Part shown: in pieces, positions 26,866-39,200 of the stretch
How positions within the stretch are numbered: position 1 is the first letter of the stretch
Layout: each line of letters opens with the position of its first letter
Assembly (NCBI GenBank): GCA_002269645.1
Contig: NIVC01002658.1
Coordinates: forward strand, 88,027-152,026
From: Macrostomum lignano
Lineage: Eukaryota
Direction: 5' to 3'
Length of the DNA stretch: 64,000 nt
Program-made: the position numbers and the translations under genes
The notes under the pieces: model-generated
What the model was told of the DNA's origin: nothing
Databases searched by the model: none
What the model saw: the letters and a program-made list of their open reading frames with translations, nothing else

Positions 26866-28521
26866 ATAGGTGGTTAAGTAGTTAGGCAGGCTGGTGGGGA
26901 GTAGATCTCTCCGATACGCAGAAGTGTACAGGCGCGAACAATTCTGCCTACAAGTGCACAAAAAAAGCATAGTTATTGTCAGTTTCAAAAACTCGAGAAT
27001 CGTTTTAAAAGACTAAGGAGACAAGCTGCATCAGATGCGGTGCACTATCAGCAGCTGGATCATGAAGGCGGCTTTTTCTGTACTGCCCCCCTTGTCCGCC
27101 CATAAATCCCCGGCCAGGCCCCGGCCACCCAGGCCCAGGGCAGTGATGCCTTAACAATGCCCCTAACGCCTCGGGGGAAACCCAATACGCAATCATCGTG
27201 TCAAACATCAACAGCTGTCTCTATCAATCTTTCTCTCGCTTCTGGTGTCCCTAATTCTTGAAAGCCGGGCAGATGTGCGGCCTCGGCCCCCCCTCAGGCA
27301 GCTGCCAGACTGCCCGATCCCGCTGCAAGGCTGGATGTACTTGCCAAGCCTGCGCACTCAATTAGGGATACCAACTGGCATGACGAGTGCACTTTGGCAA
27401 GCGGGAAAAGCATTGAGTTGGCAATTGAAGCACTGTTCACGTTTAAAATCAATTATTATAATTGCTTCATTTGGGTGGCTCAAAATATATCTGTTGTCCC
27501 ACTAATTCCTAATCTCATCCTCGCTCTCACACTTAATCTCACCCTAATCGCATCCTTTCTCTCGTCTTCACTGTCACTTTAATCTTAAGCGCCCTCTCGT
27601 ACTGAATCTCACTTGTGATCTCACCTTCTCTCTCACACTCAATCTCACCCTAATCTCTCTCTCCCTCCCTTTCATACTCAATTTCACTTCTAATCTCACT
27701 TTCTCCCACTCTATTTCACCCTAATCTCTTCCTGTTACACTTAACCTCACCTCTAATCTCACCTTCCCTCTCACACTCAATCTCACCCCTAATCTCTCCC
27801 TCTTATTCTCAAAATCTCACTCGTCAACAGCAGCATCAAACTTCAATTTTAGGCATGCCGCTTGAGTCCAACTTTTTGGCAGTATAATTTTAACCTTTAC
27901 TATCTTGGTGACTCTGTGCAGTTTGCTGTACAGCTAGAGACAATCTTCTTCTTTTAAAAGCTTCACGTTGAACAATGTACTTCTGAGGCTGCTCTAACTG
28001 AAGTGTGACATCTAGGAACTACTATGAATCCTTGATGAAGCATCTTGCGTCTGAAATTGAGTCTACCAGTCAAAATCCCAATACAACGCAAAGTTTCTTC
28101 CCAACTCAATCCCAACTAAATGTCTTCCCAGTGTGTTTTTCCCGTCTCTTCTATCCGGAGTGCAGCTGGGCGCTCCATCAAACTATTTCTCTCCTTCAAT
28201 GAGTGTCCTGAGTTCACTGCCTCCCAGCCCGTCCCCTGCCTGCGTGGCTGGGAGCAGAGAAAAGAAAAGTGAAAGAGTGGGGGGAGGGGGAGAAGGACAT
28301 TGCGCATGGGGAAGACAAAGGGGGCTTGTTGCCATGGTAACAAAGGGATTTGAGGCTTGCTGAGTTTAGGGGTGGGTCTTTCTGCAAAGCTTAGCTCAAC
28401 ATTTTTGCGAGAGCTAGTTAGATGAAGCAGTTTAACTCACGTGAGCGGTTCAGCTTGAGAACCTGACTCTGGAAGCATCAACTCAGAAGGAACCAGGAGC
28501 TGCAAACGCCGAAATTTTATC

Positions 28522-30854
28522 ATGAGAATTTGTTGGATTAATTTCTGCACTTTCTACTGCCTGCTCTGTGTGACCTCCATGACCGAAGCGGAAGAATGTA
28601 AGTTCAGCTGTTTTGGGACTTTGCCATTGAACAGAGGCGTTGTATACTATGAGTAATCAGCACTGACCAGCCCCTGCTCATGTACTCACCTTGCGCCCAC
28701 AGGTGAATACACCTCTAACGCCAGGGATCCATGCGATGAAACTGCGAACAGGGGCAGCTGCGCGGACTACTTCCAGTTGTATGCAACCGCGGCTGATCAG
28801 ATCATTTCCAGCCCCAAATATCCGGGATACTATCCCAAGTGAGTCTGAGTCTGCATGTACTTTTTGGCGGGGCTACCATGCTATGCAATGCTCTTATTTC
28901 TCGAGAAGGCTTAGATGACTTTGTTGCTCCGGTATTCCTATTATTAAAATGCTAATATTGATCACTTTAAAACCTCAACCGCTACAGCAACATCGTCTGC
29001 CGCTGGGTCCTGTCGGCCTGCAACTGCGGCGACCCTTCCAATCCGATTCCCAACGTGGACTATCGTGTGGAGTTCGAGGTGCTGGACTATGACTTGCAGG
29101 ACAGTCCGTCTTGCACCAAGGATTTCTTGGAAATTAAGGACGGTGAGCGGTAGAAACACCGGAAGGGTGTGAGAAACCAGGAGTGTGGTTGCCTTGATGC
29201 AAGGACAACTGACCTAGGAGTGCTCAATGAAGGACCAAAAGGAGTGCTTGCTGAAGGACCAAAAGGAGTGCTTGTTGAAGGATCAAAAGGAGTGCTTGCT
29301 GAAGGACCAAGGAGTGCTTGCTGAAGGATCAAAAGAGTGCTTGCTGAAGGACAAAAGGAGTGCCCTCTATTAAACCAGGAGTGCCTGCTGAAGGACCAGA
29401 TGGAGTGCTTGTTGAAGGACCAGAAGGAGTGCTTGTTGAAGGACCAGAAGGAGTGCTTGTTGGAGGACCAGAAGGAGTGCCCTCTATTAAACCAGGAGTG
29501 CCTGCTGAAGGACCAGATGAAGTGTCTGCTGAAGGACCAGAAGGAGTGCTTGTTGAAGGACCAGAAGGAGTGCCTGCTGAAGGACCAGAAGGAGTGCCTG
29601 CTGAAGGACCAGAAGGAGTGCCTGCTGAAGGACCAGAAGGAGTGCTTGTTGAAGGACCAGAAGGAGTGCTTGTTGAAGGACCAGAAGGAGTGCTTGTTGA
29701 AGGACCAAAAGGAGTGCCCTCTATAAAACCAGGAGTGCCTGCTGAAGGACCAGATGAAGTGTCTGCTGAAGGACCAGAAGGAGTGCTTGTTGAAGGACCA
29801 GAAGGAGTTCCCTCCCTCTGAAGGACCAAGAGTGCTCACCGAATGATTATGATAATCATAGGAGCAAAAAATCATTTGTAACATGATAAGTTCAGTATTT
29901 TGGGCAGAGGCCTATAAAGCACCGGAATCAATAGAAATTTATGTTGTGTTCTTCTCGAGTGCAGTTTCTCGAACCAAATTTGCCCAGGAAAGCGCCTGTG
30001 GGACCACCGATATGCTCAGAAGTGCGGCAATAAATGCGCTAGCGGAGAAAAGAATACTACTATCAGCACTAGAAAACACCTGCTAGTCAGCTTCCAGACT
30101 GACGTGTTCGACCCTCTGGACCCCACACCGCACCGCGGCTTCAGCGCTCGCTTCCGTTGCGTTGCAGTTCGTGAGTTTCTCCCCCTGTGTTTCTCCCCCA
30201 TCTGGTCAGGTGTCCTCTCTACAATTCCCTCCACAACCCCATCAATAACCCTCTTCCACAACCCCCATCCACAACCCCTCAACAAATATCTTCCACAACC
30301 CCCATCCACAACCCCCTCAACAAATATCTTCCACAACCCCCATCCACAACCCCCTCAACAAATATCTTCCACAACCCCCATCCACAACCCCTCAACAAAT
30401 ATCTTCCACAACCCTTCCGCAACCCCTCCGCAACTCCTCCGCAATCCCTTCGCAACCCCTTCGCAACCCCTTCGCAACCCCTCCGCAACCCCCTACAAAC
30501 CCCTCCGCAACCTCTCCACAACCCCACCGCAACCCCCTACAAACCCCTTCGCAACCCCCCTCCACAACCCCCTCAACAACCCCCTCCACAACCCCCTCAA
30601 CAACCCCCTCCACAATCTTTCCGCAACCCCCTCAACAACCCCCTCCACAATCCCTCCGCAACCCCTCCGCAACCGCCTCCGACAATGACTCCGCAGCCGT
30701 ACCGCAGAGCGACAGTCTGGTGCTGGGCCCGGCCAACTACCTACTGATAGCCATCAGCATCCTGCTGGCCTTTCTGTTCGGTGGGGCGGCCGTGCTGCTG
30801 TTTTTCCGCGAGAAGCGCCGCAATGAGCGGCTTGGCAACAAACAGCTGTTGTGA
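28522..30854 (+). CDS. Single-CUB type I membrane protein, paralogue B, ~235 aa, join(28522..28597,28703..28838,28988..29142,29988..30170,30697..30854)
   Basis: Same exon phases as paralogue A, and exon 2 is 136 nt in both. Signal peptide MRICWINFCTFYCLLCVTSMTEA. ISSPKYPGYYPNNIVCRWVLSAC, DSPSCTKDFLEIKDG, LLVSFQTD, RGFSARF. TM helix ANYLLIAISILLAFLFGGAAVLLFF. Confidence 0.9.
29215..29830. repeat. 24-bp minisatellite (GAAGGACCAGAAGGAGTGCTTGTT) in CUB-B intron 3
   Basis: Direct tandem repetition. Confidence 0.93.
30250..30680. repeat. Degenerate CAACCCC-rich repeat in CUB-B intron 4
   Basis: Direct inspection. Confidence 0.85.
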
Positions 30855-31699
30855 GCTTTGGCAATCAGTAGCGAATCTTGGAAGAGATTGCTGAAAGTGA
30901 TAATGTCATGTCACTTCACATGTCATGTCACAGGCCGTAGTTACAAGATTAATTTCAACGTATATGTAGCATATTGTATGATAACTTTATTATTTTGCTC
31001 ATTTTCTATTAGTAATTTTTGTTGGCGAATTTCCCTTGAATTTTTTCATTCAAATTTCGTCACCTTCAACCAGGATCGAGTTTTAAATATGCCTACTGGC
31101 CAAGATAAATCGGTCTAAATGATTGTTTGTTTTTATGTATATATCGCAGCACGCAGCTTGAATGGATATATTTATTTAGGTCCTAAATTGAAGAAAACAA
31201 AAGCTAATGAATGCCAGAGTACGGGCAGGGCTGTACAGTGGAACTCAAGCATGGAATATGGCCGCGACCGCGCGCTCAGCAGCACGGTGTATGAAATGAA
31301 CTGTAGAGTAGACAGTGGCTGTAACAGTGAAGGCAGTTTTTAAATAAAATACACAGATAGCCCAATTTTACTATTGAAGTAATAGGGGAAAAAGTGAATT
31401 GATTACAAAATAGTATAACAAAACTCAAAGATATAAACGTCACGGTATAAAGATAGGAACTTCAAGGCGCTCATTCATAGTGCAATAAATAATACATGTA
31501 AACTGTTATGCGCATTGAAATAGGGTCATTTTTACCTTCACTTTCTAGCTATGCCAGGCCAAGACCTGCACTGGCCATTTTTATATAATAGTCTTTGTGT
31601 TTGATTCAGCAATCGTACTTTGTACTCTTTGTATGAGTATTTCTACTCTGTGCAAATCCGTGCTGTAGAAACGGATAAGGGTAAAGAGACCAGCTGAAG

Positions 31700-33095
31700 A
31701 GAGTGTAGCCCAAGGAGGGTGTAGCCCAAGGAGGGTGTAGACCGAAGAGGGTGTAGACTGAGGAGGATGTAGACCGAGGAGGGTGTAGACCGAGGAGGGT
31801 GTAGACCGAGGAGGGTGTAGACCGAGGAGGATGTAGACCGAGGAGGGTGTAGACTGAGGAGGGTGTAGACCGAGGAGGGTGTAGACCGAGGAGGGTGTAG
31901 ACCGAGGAGGGTGTAGACCGAGGAGGGTGTAGACCGAGGAGGGTGTAGACTGAGGAGGGTGTAGACCGAGGAGGGTGTAGACCGAGGAGGGTGTAGACCG
32001 AGGAGGGTGTAGACCAAGAAGGGTGTAGGCCGAGGAGGGTGTAGACCGAGGAGGGTGTAGACCGAGGAGGGTGTAGACCGAGGAGGGTGTAGACCGAGGA
32101 GGGTGTAGACCGAGGAGGGTGTAGACCGAGGAGGGTGTAGACCAAGAAGGGTGTAGGCCGAGGAGGGTGTAGACCGAGGAGGATGTAGACCGAGGAGGGT
32201 GTAGACCGAGGAGGGTGTAGACCGAGGAGGGTGTAGACCGAGGAGGATGTAGACCGAGGAGGGTGTAGACTGAGGAGGGTGTAGACCGAGGAGGGTGTAG
32301 TCCGAGGAGGGTGTAGACCGAGGAGGATGTAGACCGAGGAGGGTGTAGACTGAGGAGGGTGTAGACCGAGGAGGGTGTAGACTGAGGAGGGTGTAGACCA
32401 AGAAGGGTGTAGGCCGAAGAGGGTGTAGACTGAGGAGGATGTAGACCGAGGAGGGTGTAGACCGAGGAGGGTGTAGACCGAGGAGGGTGTAGACCGAGGA
32501 GGGTGTAGACCGAGGAGGGTGTAGTCCGAGGAGGGTGTAGACTGAGGAGGGTGTAGACCGAGGAGGGTGTAGTCCAAGAAGGGTGTAGACCAAGAAGGGT
32601 GTAGGCCGAGGAGGGTGTAGTCCAAGAAGGGTGTAGACCAAGAAGGGTGTAGGCCGAGGAGGGTGTAGACCGAGGAGGGTGTAGACCGAGGAGGGTGTAG
32701 ACTGAGGAGGGTGTAGACCGAGGAGGGTGTAGACCAAGAAGGGTGTAGGCCGAGGAGGGTGTAGACCGAGGAGGGTGTAGACCGAGGAGGGTGTAGACCG
32801 AGGAGGGTGTAGACCGAGGAGGGTGTAGACTGAGGAGGGTGTAGACTGAGGAGGGTGTAGACCGAGGAGGGTGTAGACTGAGGAGGGTGTAGACCGAGGA
32901 GGGTGTAGACCAAGAAGGGTGTAGGCCGAGGAGGGTGTAGACCGAGGAGGGTGTCGACCGAGGAGGGTGTAGACCGAGGAGGGTGTAGACCGAGGAGGGT
33001 GTAGACCGAGGAGGGTGTAGACTGAGGAGGGTGTAGACCGAGGAGGGTGTAGACCGAGGAGGGTGTAGGCCGAGGAGGGTGTAGACCGAGGTGGA
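31700..33095. repeat. 17-bp minisatellite (GTGTAGACCGAGGAGGG), ~80 copies
   Basis: Direct tandem repetition. Explains ORFs 31606-33270. Confidence 0.96.
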
Positions 33096-33259
33096 GGGTA
33101 TAGGCCAGACGGTCGAGTCTTCTCTGAAAAGACGCGCTAGTCACAGCTAACAATCGGAAAATTGACTCAATCAAAAGTCGTCCGTAAGGCAGGGGAAGAG
33201 GCGAATTCCGCTGGTTAATCCGTGGAAATTCCGCGGGAAAGCCTTCGCGCTCGGACCCC

Positions 33260-36200
33260 CTACCGGCCAATCAGGTACTTGCAGACGAAGCGAACCACGG
33301 CCTCAGCCGGCTGGTGCTCTTCGATCTCGCACAGGATGACCGCCGTGTTCTCTTGGCTGTTCGTGTTCTTCCGGGCTACGAAGCCGAACAGCCTGAATAG
33401 GAGGTCGGTGGTTCGATTACTGCTTATTTGTAAGCATTCGTGGATCCTTTAAAAATGAAATCCTCTAGAACAGTAATTTAGTATTTTTAACTTACTTTGG
33501 ATGAGCCAGTCCTCTTGCTCTGGACTCTTCGGATTCAAAGCTGAAATGAGCACGCGGTTGCCATGATAGTTAATCATCCCCAGTGAGTTAGTAGGCTTAA
33601 ATCTACCCTGATGCACTGACCTGCGGCCGCCCGGCACCATGCCGCTGTACAGCACGCAGGCAGTCGGGTAGTGCTTCCGGAAGAACTGCCGCCTAGCGTG
33701 GTCGGTCAGGCTGATCCCGTCGCGGGCAACCTTTAGCTGGCAGACGCAGGTGCGCAGCCGCTCTCGATGGCGCAGAAGTGCATCCGCGCCGCGGGACAGG
33801 CCGCCGGATCCGGTGAGAGACTCGATGTCCACCGCGCCGATGTACAGCACGCTGCATGCTGGCAGGCGGTTCGGTGGGTTGGGGTGCGAAATGAGTATAG
33901 TCCAGGATGTGGAATGAGTTTAGGATGTGGAATGAGTCCAGGATGTGGAATGAGTCCAGGATCTGGGATGAGTCCAGGATCTGGGATGAGTCCAGGATCT
34001 GGGATGAGTCCAGGATCTGGGATGAGTCCAGGATCTGGGATGAGTCCAGGATCTGGGATGAGTGCAGGATCTGGGATGAGTGCAGGATCTGGAATGAGTC
34101 CAGGATCTGGGATGAGTCCAGGATCTGGAATGAGTCTAGGATGTGGAATGAGCTTAGGATCTGGAATGAGCTTAGGATCTGGAATGAGTCCAGGATCTGG
34201 AATGAGTCCAGGATCTGGGATGAGTCCAGGATCTGGGATGAGTCCAGGATCTGGGATGAGTCCAGGATCTGGAATGAGTCGGAATCTGAATTTCAAGCTG
34301 ACTGGGGGATTGAGCAGGACTCATAACTGATTGAACCAACCTGCTCCGTGCTCTAGGATGGCCCGGGGATCCAGGCTAGTATCCGCCGAATCAAGCGCAT
34401 CACTCTGAGCGTCTGTCGGCGGCAGTTCCAGGCGACAGGGCAGCGCCAGCGGCATCACCGTGTGCTGGTAGATCAGGGCGGCTAGGGAGGCGAACACGGG
34501 CTCGTTGGCGCAGCCGCGGATGCGGACGCCTCGACTGGTCTGTTCGATGAGGAAGTGCCGCACCAGCTCGTCGGCGGCTGAGTTGGCGTCATCGGCCGGT
34601 GGGGCTCCCGGAGGCACCTCCGCCACTTTGACAGCGAGGCCGTAGGCGCCGGCGAAGCTGGTGCTGTCGCGGACCACGAAACGACCCGGTGGCAGCGGCC
34701 TCAGGATGGCGATGGCTATCGGCAAAGAGTGGAATGGAGAAGGATTGGAGTGAGGGTCTGAGCTCAATATATTGCCCTGGAAGCTTAATACATCGCTATG
34801 GAGCTTAATGTACTGCGTTTGAAGCTTAATACATCGCTATGGAGCTTAATGTACTGCGTTTGAAGCTTAATACATCGCTATGGAGCTTAATGTACTGCGT
34901 TTGAAGCTTAATACATCGCGATGGAGCTTAATGTACTGCGTTTGAAGCTTAATACATCGCTATGGAGCTTAATGTACTGCGTTTGAAGCTTAATACATCG
35001 CGATGGAGCTTAATGCACTGCGTTTGAAGCTTAATACATCGCGATGGAGCTTAATGTACTGCGTTTGAAGCTTAATACATCGCGATGGAGCTTAATGTAC
35101 TGCGTTTGAAGCTTAATACATCGCGATGGAGCTTAATGTACTGCGTTTGAAGCTTAATACATCGCTATGGAGCTTAATGTACTGCGTTTGAAGCTTAATA
35201 CATCGCGATGGAGCTTAATGTACTGCGTTTGAAGCTTAATACATCGCATTGGAGCTTAATGTACTGCGTTTGAAGCTTAATACATCGCTATGGAGCTTAA
35301 TGTACTGCGTTTGAAGCTTAATACATCGCGATGGAGCTTAATGTACTGCGTTTGAAGCTTAATACATCGCGATGGAGCTTAATGTACTGCGTTTGAAGCT
35401 TAATACATCGCTATGGAGCTTAATGTACTGCGTTTGAAGCTTAATACATCGCGATGGAGCTTAATGTACTGCGTTTGAAGCTTAATACATCGCGATGGAG
35501 CTTAATGTACTGCGTTTGAAGCTTAATACATCGCTATGGAGCTTAATGTACTGCGTTTGAAGCTTAATACATCGCGATGGAGCTTAATGTACTGCGTTTG
35601 AAGCTTAATACATCGCTATGGAGCTTAATGTACTGCGTTTGAAGCTTAATACATCGCGATGGAGCTTAATGTACTGCGTTTGAAGCTTAATACATCGCTA
35701 TGGAGCTTAATGTACTGCGTTTGAAGCTTAATACATCGCTATGGAGCTTAATGTACTGCGTTTGAAGCTTAATACATCGCGATGGAGCTTAATGTACTGC
35801 GTTTGAAGCTTAATACATCGCGATGGAGCTTAATGTACTGCGTTTGAAGCTTAATACATCGCGATGGAGCTTAATGTACTGCGTTTGAAGCTTAATACAT
35901 CGCTATGGAGCTTAATGTACTGCGTTTGAAGCTTAATACATCGCGATGGAGCTTAATGTACTGCGTTTGAAGCTTAATACATCGCTATGGAGCTTAATGT
36001 ACTGCGTTTGAAGCTTAATACATCGCGATGGAGCTTAATGTACTGCGTTTGAAGCTTAATACATCGCTATGGAGCTTAATGTACTGCGTTTGAAGCTTAA
36101 TACATCGCTATGGAGCTTAATGTACTGCGTTTGAAGCTTAATACATCGCGATGGAGCTTAATGTACTGCGTTTGAAGCTTAATACATCGCGATGGAGCTT

Positions 36201-39200
36201 AATGTACTGCGTTTGAAGCTTAATACATCGCGATGGAGCTTAATGTACTGCGTTTGAAGCTTAATACATCGCTATGGAGCTTAATGTACTGCGTTTGAAG
36301 CTTAATACATCGCGATGGAGCTTAATGTACTGCGTTTGAAGCTTAATACATCGCTATGGAGCTTAATGTACTGCGTTTGAAGCTTAATACATCGCGATGG
36401 AGCTTAATGTACTGCGTTTGAAGCTTAATACATCGCTATGGAGCTTAATGTACTGCGTTTGAAGCTTAATACATCGCTATGGAGCTTAATGTACTGCGTT
36501 TGAAGCTTAATACATCGCGATGGAGCTTAATGTACTGCGTTTGAAGCTTAATACATCGCGATGGAGCTTAATGTACTGCGTTTGAAGCTTAATACATCGC
36601 TATGGAGCTTAATGTACTGCGTTTGAAGCTTAATACATCGCGATGGAGCTTAATGTACTGCGTTTGAAGCTTAATACATCGCTATGGAGCTTAATGTACT
36701 GCGTTTGAAGCTTAATACATCGCGATGGAGCTTAATGTACTGCGTTTGAAGCTTAATACATCGCGATGGAGCTTAATGTACTGCGTTTGAAGCTTAATAC
36801 ATCGCTATGGAGCTTAATGTACTGCGTTTGAAGCTTAATACATCGCGATGGAGCTTAATGTACTGCGTTTGAAGCTTAATACATCGCTATGGAGCTTAAT
36901 GTACTGCGTTTGAAGCTTAATACATCGCGATGGAGCTTAATGTACTGCGTTTGAAGCTTAATACATCGCTATGGAGCTTAATGTACTGCGTTTGAAGCTT
37001 AATACATCGCTATGGAGCTTAATGTACTGCGTTTGAAGCTTAATACATCGCGATGGAGCTTAATGTACTGCGTTTGAAGCTTAATACATCGCGATGGAGC
37101 TTAATGTACTGCGTTTGAAGCTTAATACATCGCGATGGAGCTTAATGTACTGCGTTTGAAGCTTAATACATCGCTATGGAGCTTAATGTACTGCGTTTGA
37201 AGCTTAATACATCGCGATGGAGCTTAATGTACTGCGTTTGAAGCTTAATACATCGCTATGGAGCTTAATGTACTGCGTTTGAAGCTTAATACATCGCGAT
37301 GGAGCTTAATGTACTGCGTTTGAAGCTTAATACATCGCTATGGAGCTTAATGTACTGCGTTTGAAGCTTAATACATCGCTATGGAGCTTAATGTACTGCG
37401 TTTGAAGCTTAATACATCGCGATGGAGCTTAATGTACTGCGTTTGAAGCTTAATACATCGCGATGGAGCTTAATGTACTGCGTTTGAAGCTTAATACATC
37501 GCTATGGAGCTTAATGTACTGCGTTTGAAGCTTAATACATCGCGATGGAGCTTAATGTACTGCGTTTGAAGCTTAATACATCGCTATGGAGCTTAATGTA
37601 CTGCGTTTGAAGCTTAATACATCGCGATGGAGCTTAATGTACTGCGTTTGAAGCTTAATACATCGCGATGGAGCTTAATGTACTGCGTTTGAAGCTTAAT
37701 ACATCGCGATGGAGCTTAATGTACTGCGTTTGAAGCTTAATACATCGCGATGGAGCCTAGTTTCGAGGGACACTAGTGGTGAATTCTACTGTTTCTGTAT
37801 TCAGTGCAGTTTGCCATGCAAATTTTACGCAGTTGCATGAAAATTCAAGCTGAGAAGCCGTACCTTCTTCTCGGCTTATGTTGGGCAGGTACCAGTACTG
37901 AGATGTGTCGTTGACAAACTTCAACATACCGCCAGGCGATGGCGGATCAAAGTCGAAATGGCTGCCACCACCGGCGCTGTGCCCTGAGTAGCGCTGGCTC
38001 GGACTGTTGCTGCCGGGGCTCGCCAACCAGCCTCCGCCATCGCCACCGCCGCTCTGGAACTGCATGCGGTGGGACTGGTGACGACTTGACACTGTCTCTG
38101 TGTATCCAACAGTCTGCTGGCGATTCTGTGGAAGCTGGAACTGCTGCGGCTGCTGGAACTGCTGCTGCGGCTGTTGCTGCTGGAACTGCTGCTGCTGGTG
38201 CTGCTGGAACTGCTGGTGCTGCTGCTGGAACTGTTGTTGCTGCTGCTGTTGCCTTTGCTGGTTCGAGGATGAGACACGAAGAAAGCTGTTTCTCGGTTCA
38301 ATGCTGGACGCCTGTAGGGTTGCAGCTGAAATGATAGGGAAAAAAGTATTGGCTCTAAATTGCTATCAGCTCATTTTCATAAGCCAAGCGAAAATTCGGC
38401 ACAGACCAGCTAGCTGAACACATTAAAATATTTAGATCAGCGACAATAGTTTAAAAGTTAGGTTTTGTCTTTCAAGCGGCGCATGTGTTATCAAGTGAGT
38501 AAATGCAGTTTTATTAGCCCCAAAGCAAGTGCTCTCAAAGCTGTAAATTGTAAGCATTAGCTTTAATTCGTTGTTAGGCCAGCCGGAACTCGTCATGTTA
38601 TTTTCCCAGGTGCCCAGCCTGAGCAGCCAAGCCGCGTCACCCACTTTTGCCAGCGGTGGCGTAGACAGCGTTGCTAAACACAGCGTCGTCCGCCTCGGTT
38701 GACGACAGGCTGCAGGCGCCTCGGCCGGACGACCTGTCGCAGCTGCTGTTGCCCGCGCCGGTGATGAGAATGGGGCGCAGTTCGGTCACCTCCATGTAGG
38801 TTTTTCCTTCGCCGTCAAAGTCAGCGTGGACTGTCGAGGACGAGGAGGAGGACGCCGTATCGACAACAACCCGAGGTGGCTGCAGCAAGCTGCACGAGAC
38901 CCTGGCGTTGGTGGCGGAGGCTGTGGACACGCGGAAACTTCCGCCTCTGCCACTGCCGGCCTGGCTGGGGGTTCTTTCGCTTCGGCTCAGCGATCGACTG
39001 GACTGCCGTTGCTGGCGCTGCTGGTTCTGGTTCTGGTGATACTGTATGTGCTGGTACCGGCTCTGGTGCAGGCCGTTGGCCGGACGCAGGGTTTCCTGTC
39101 CCTGCAGCATCAGCGGCTGCTGAACTGGCTGCGCCACTCCTCCAGGCACTTGCAGGTAGGCGGCGGCTCCGCCAAAGCCGTTCAACTGTTGCAGGCTTAG

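Noticed and set aside
29087-29884. Mucin-like PSGPST and CLLKDQKE ORFs
   Set aside because: Intronic 24-mer array bounded by clear CUB-B splice sites.
31606-33270. 554-aa ORF, the longest in the track
   Set aside because: Almost wholly the 17-bp array; overlaps the true tensin stop region in another frame.
33733-34330. LIPDPG / SPGSGM repeat ORFs (heptad- or CTD-like)
   Set aside because: 18-bp array inside a tensin intron with well-defined splice sites.
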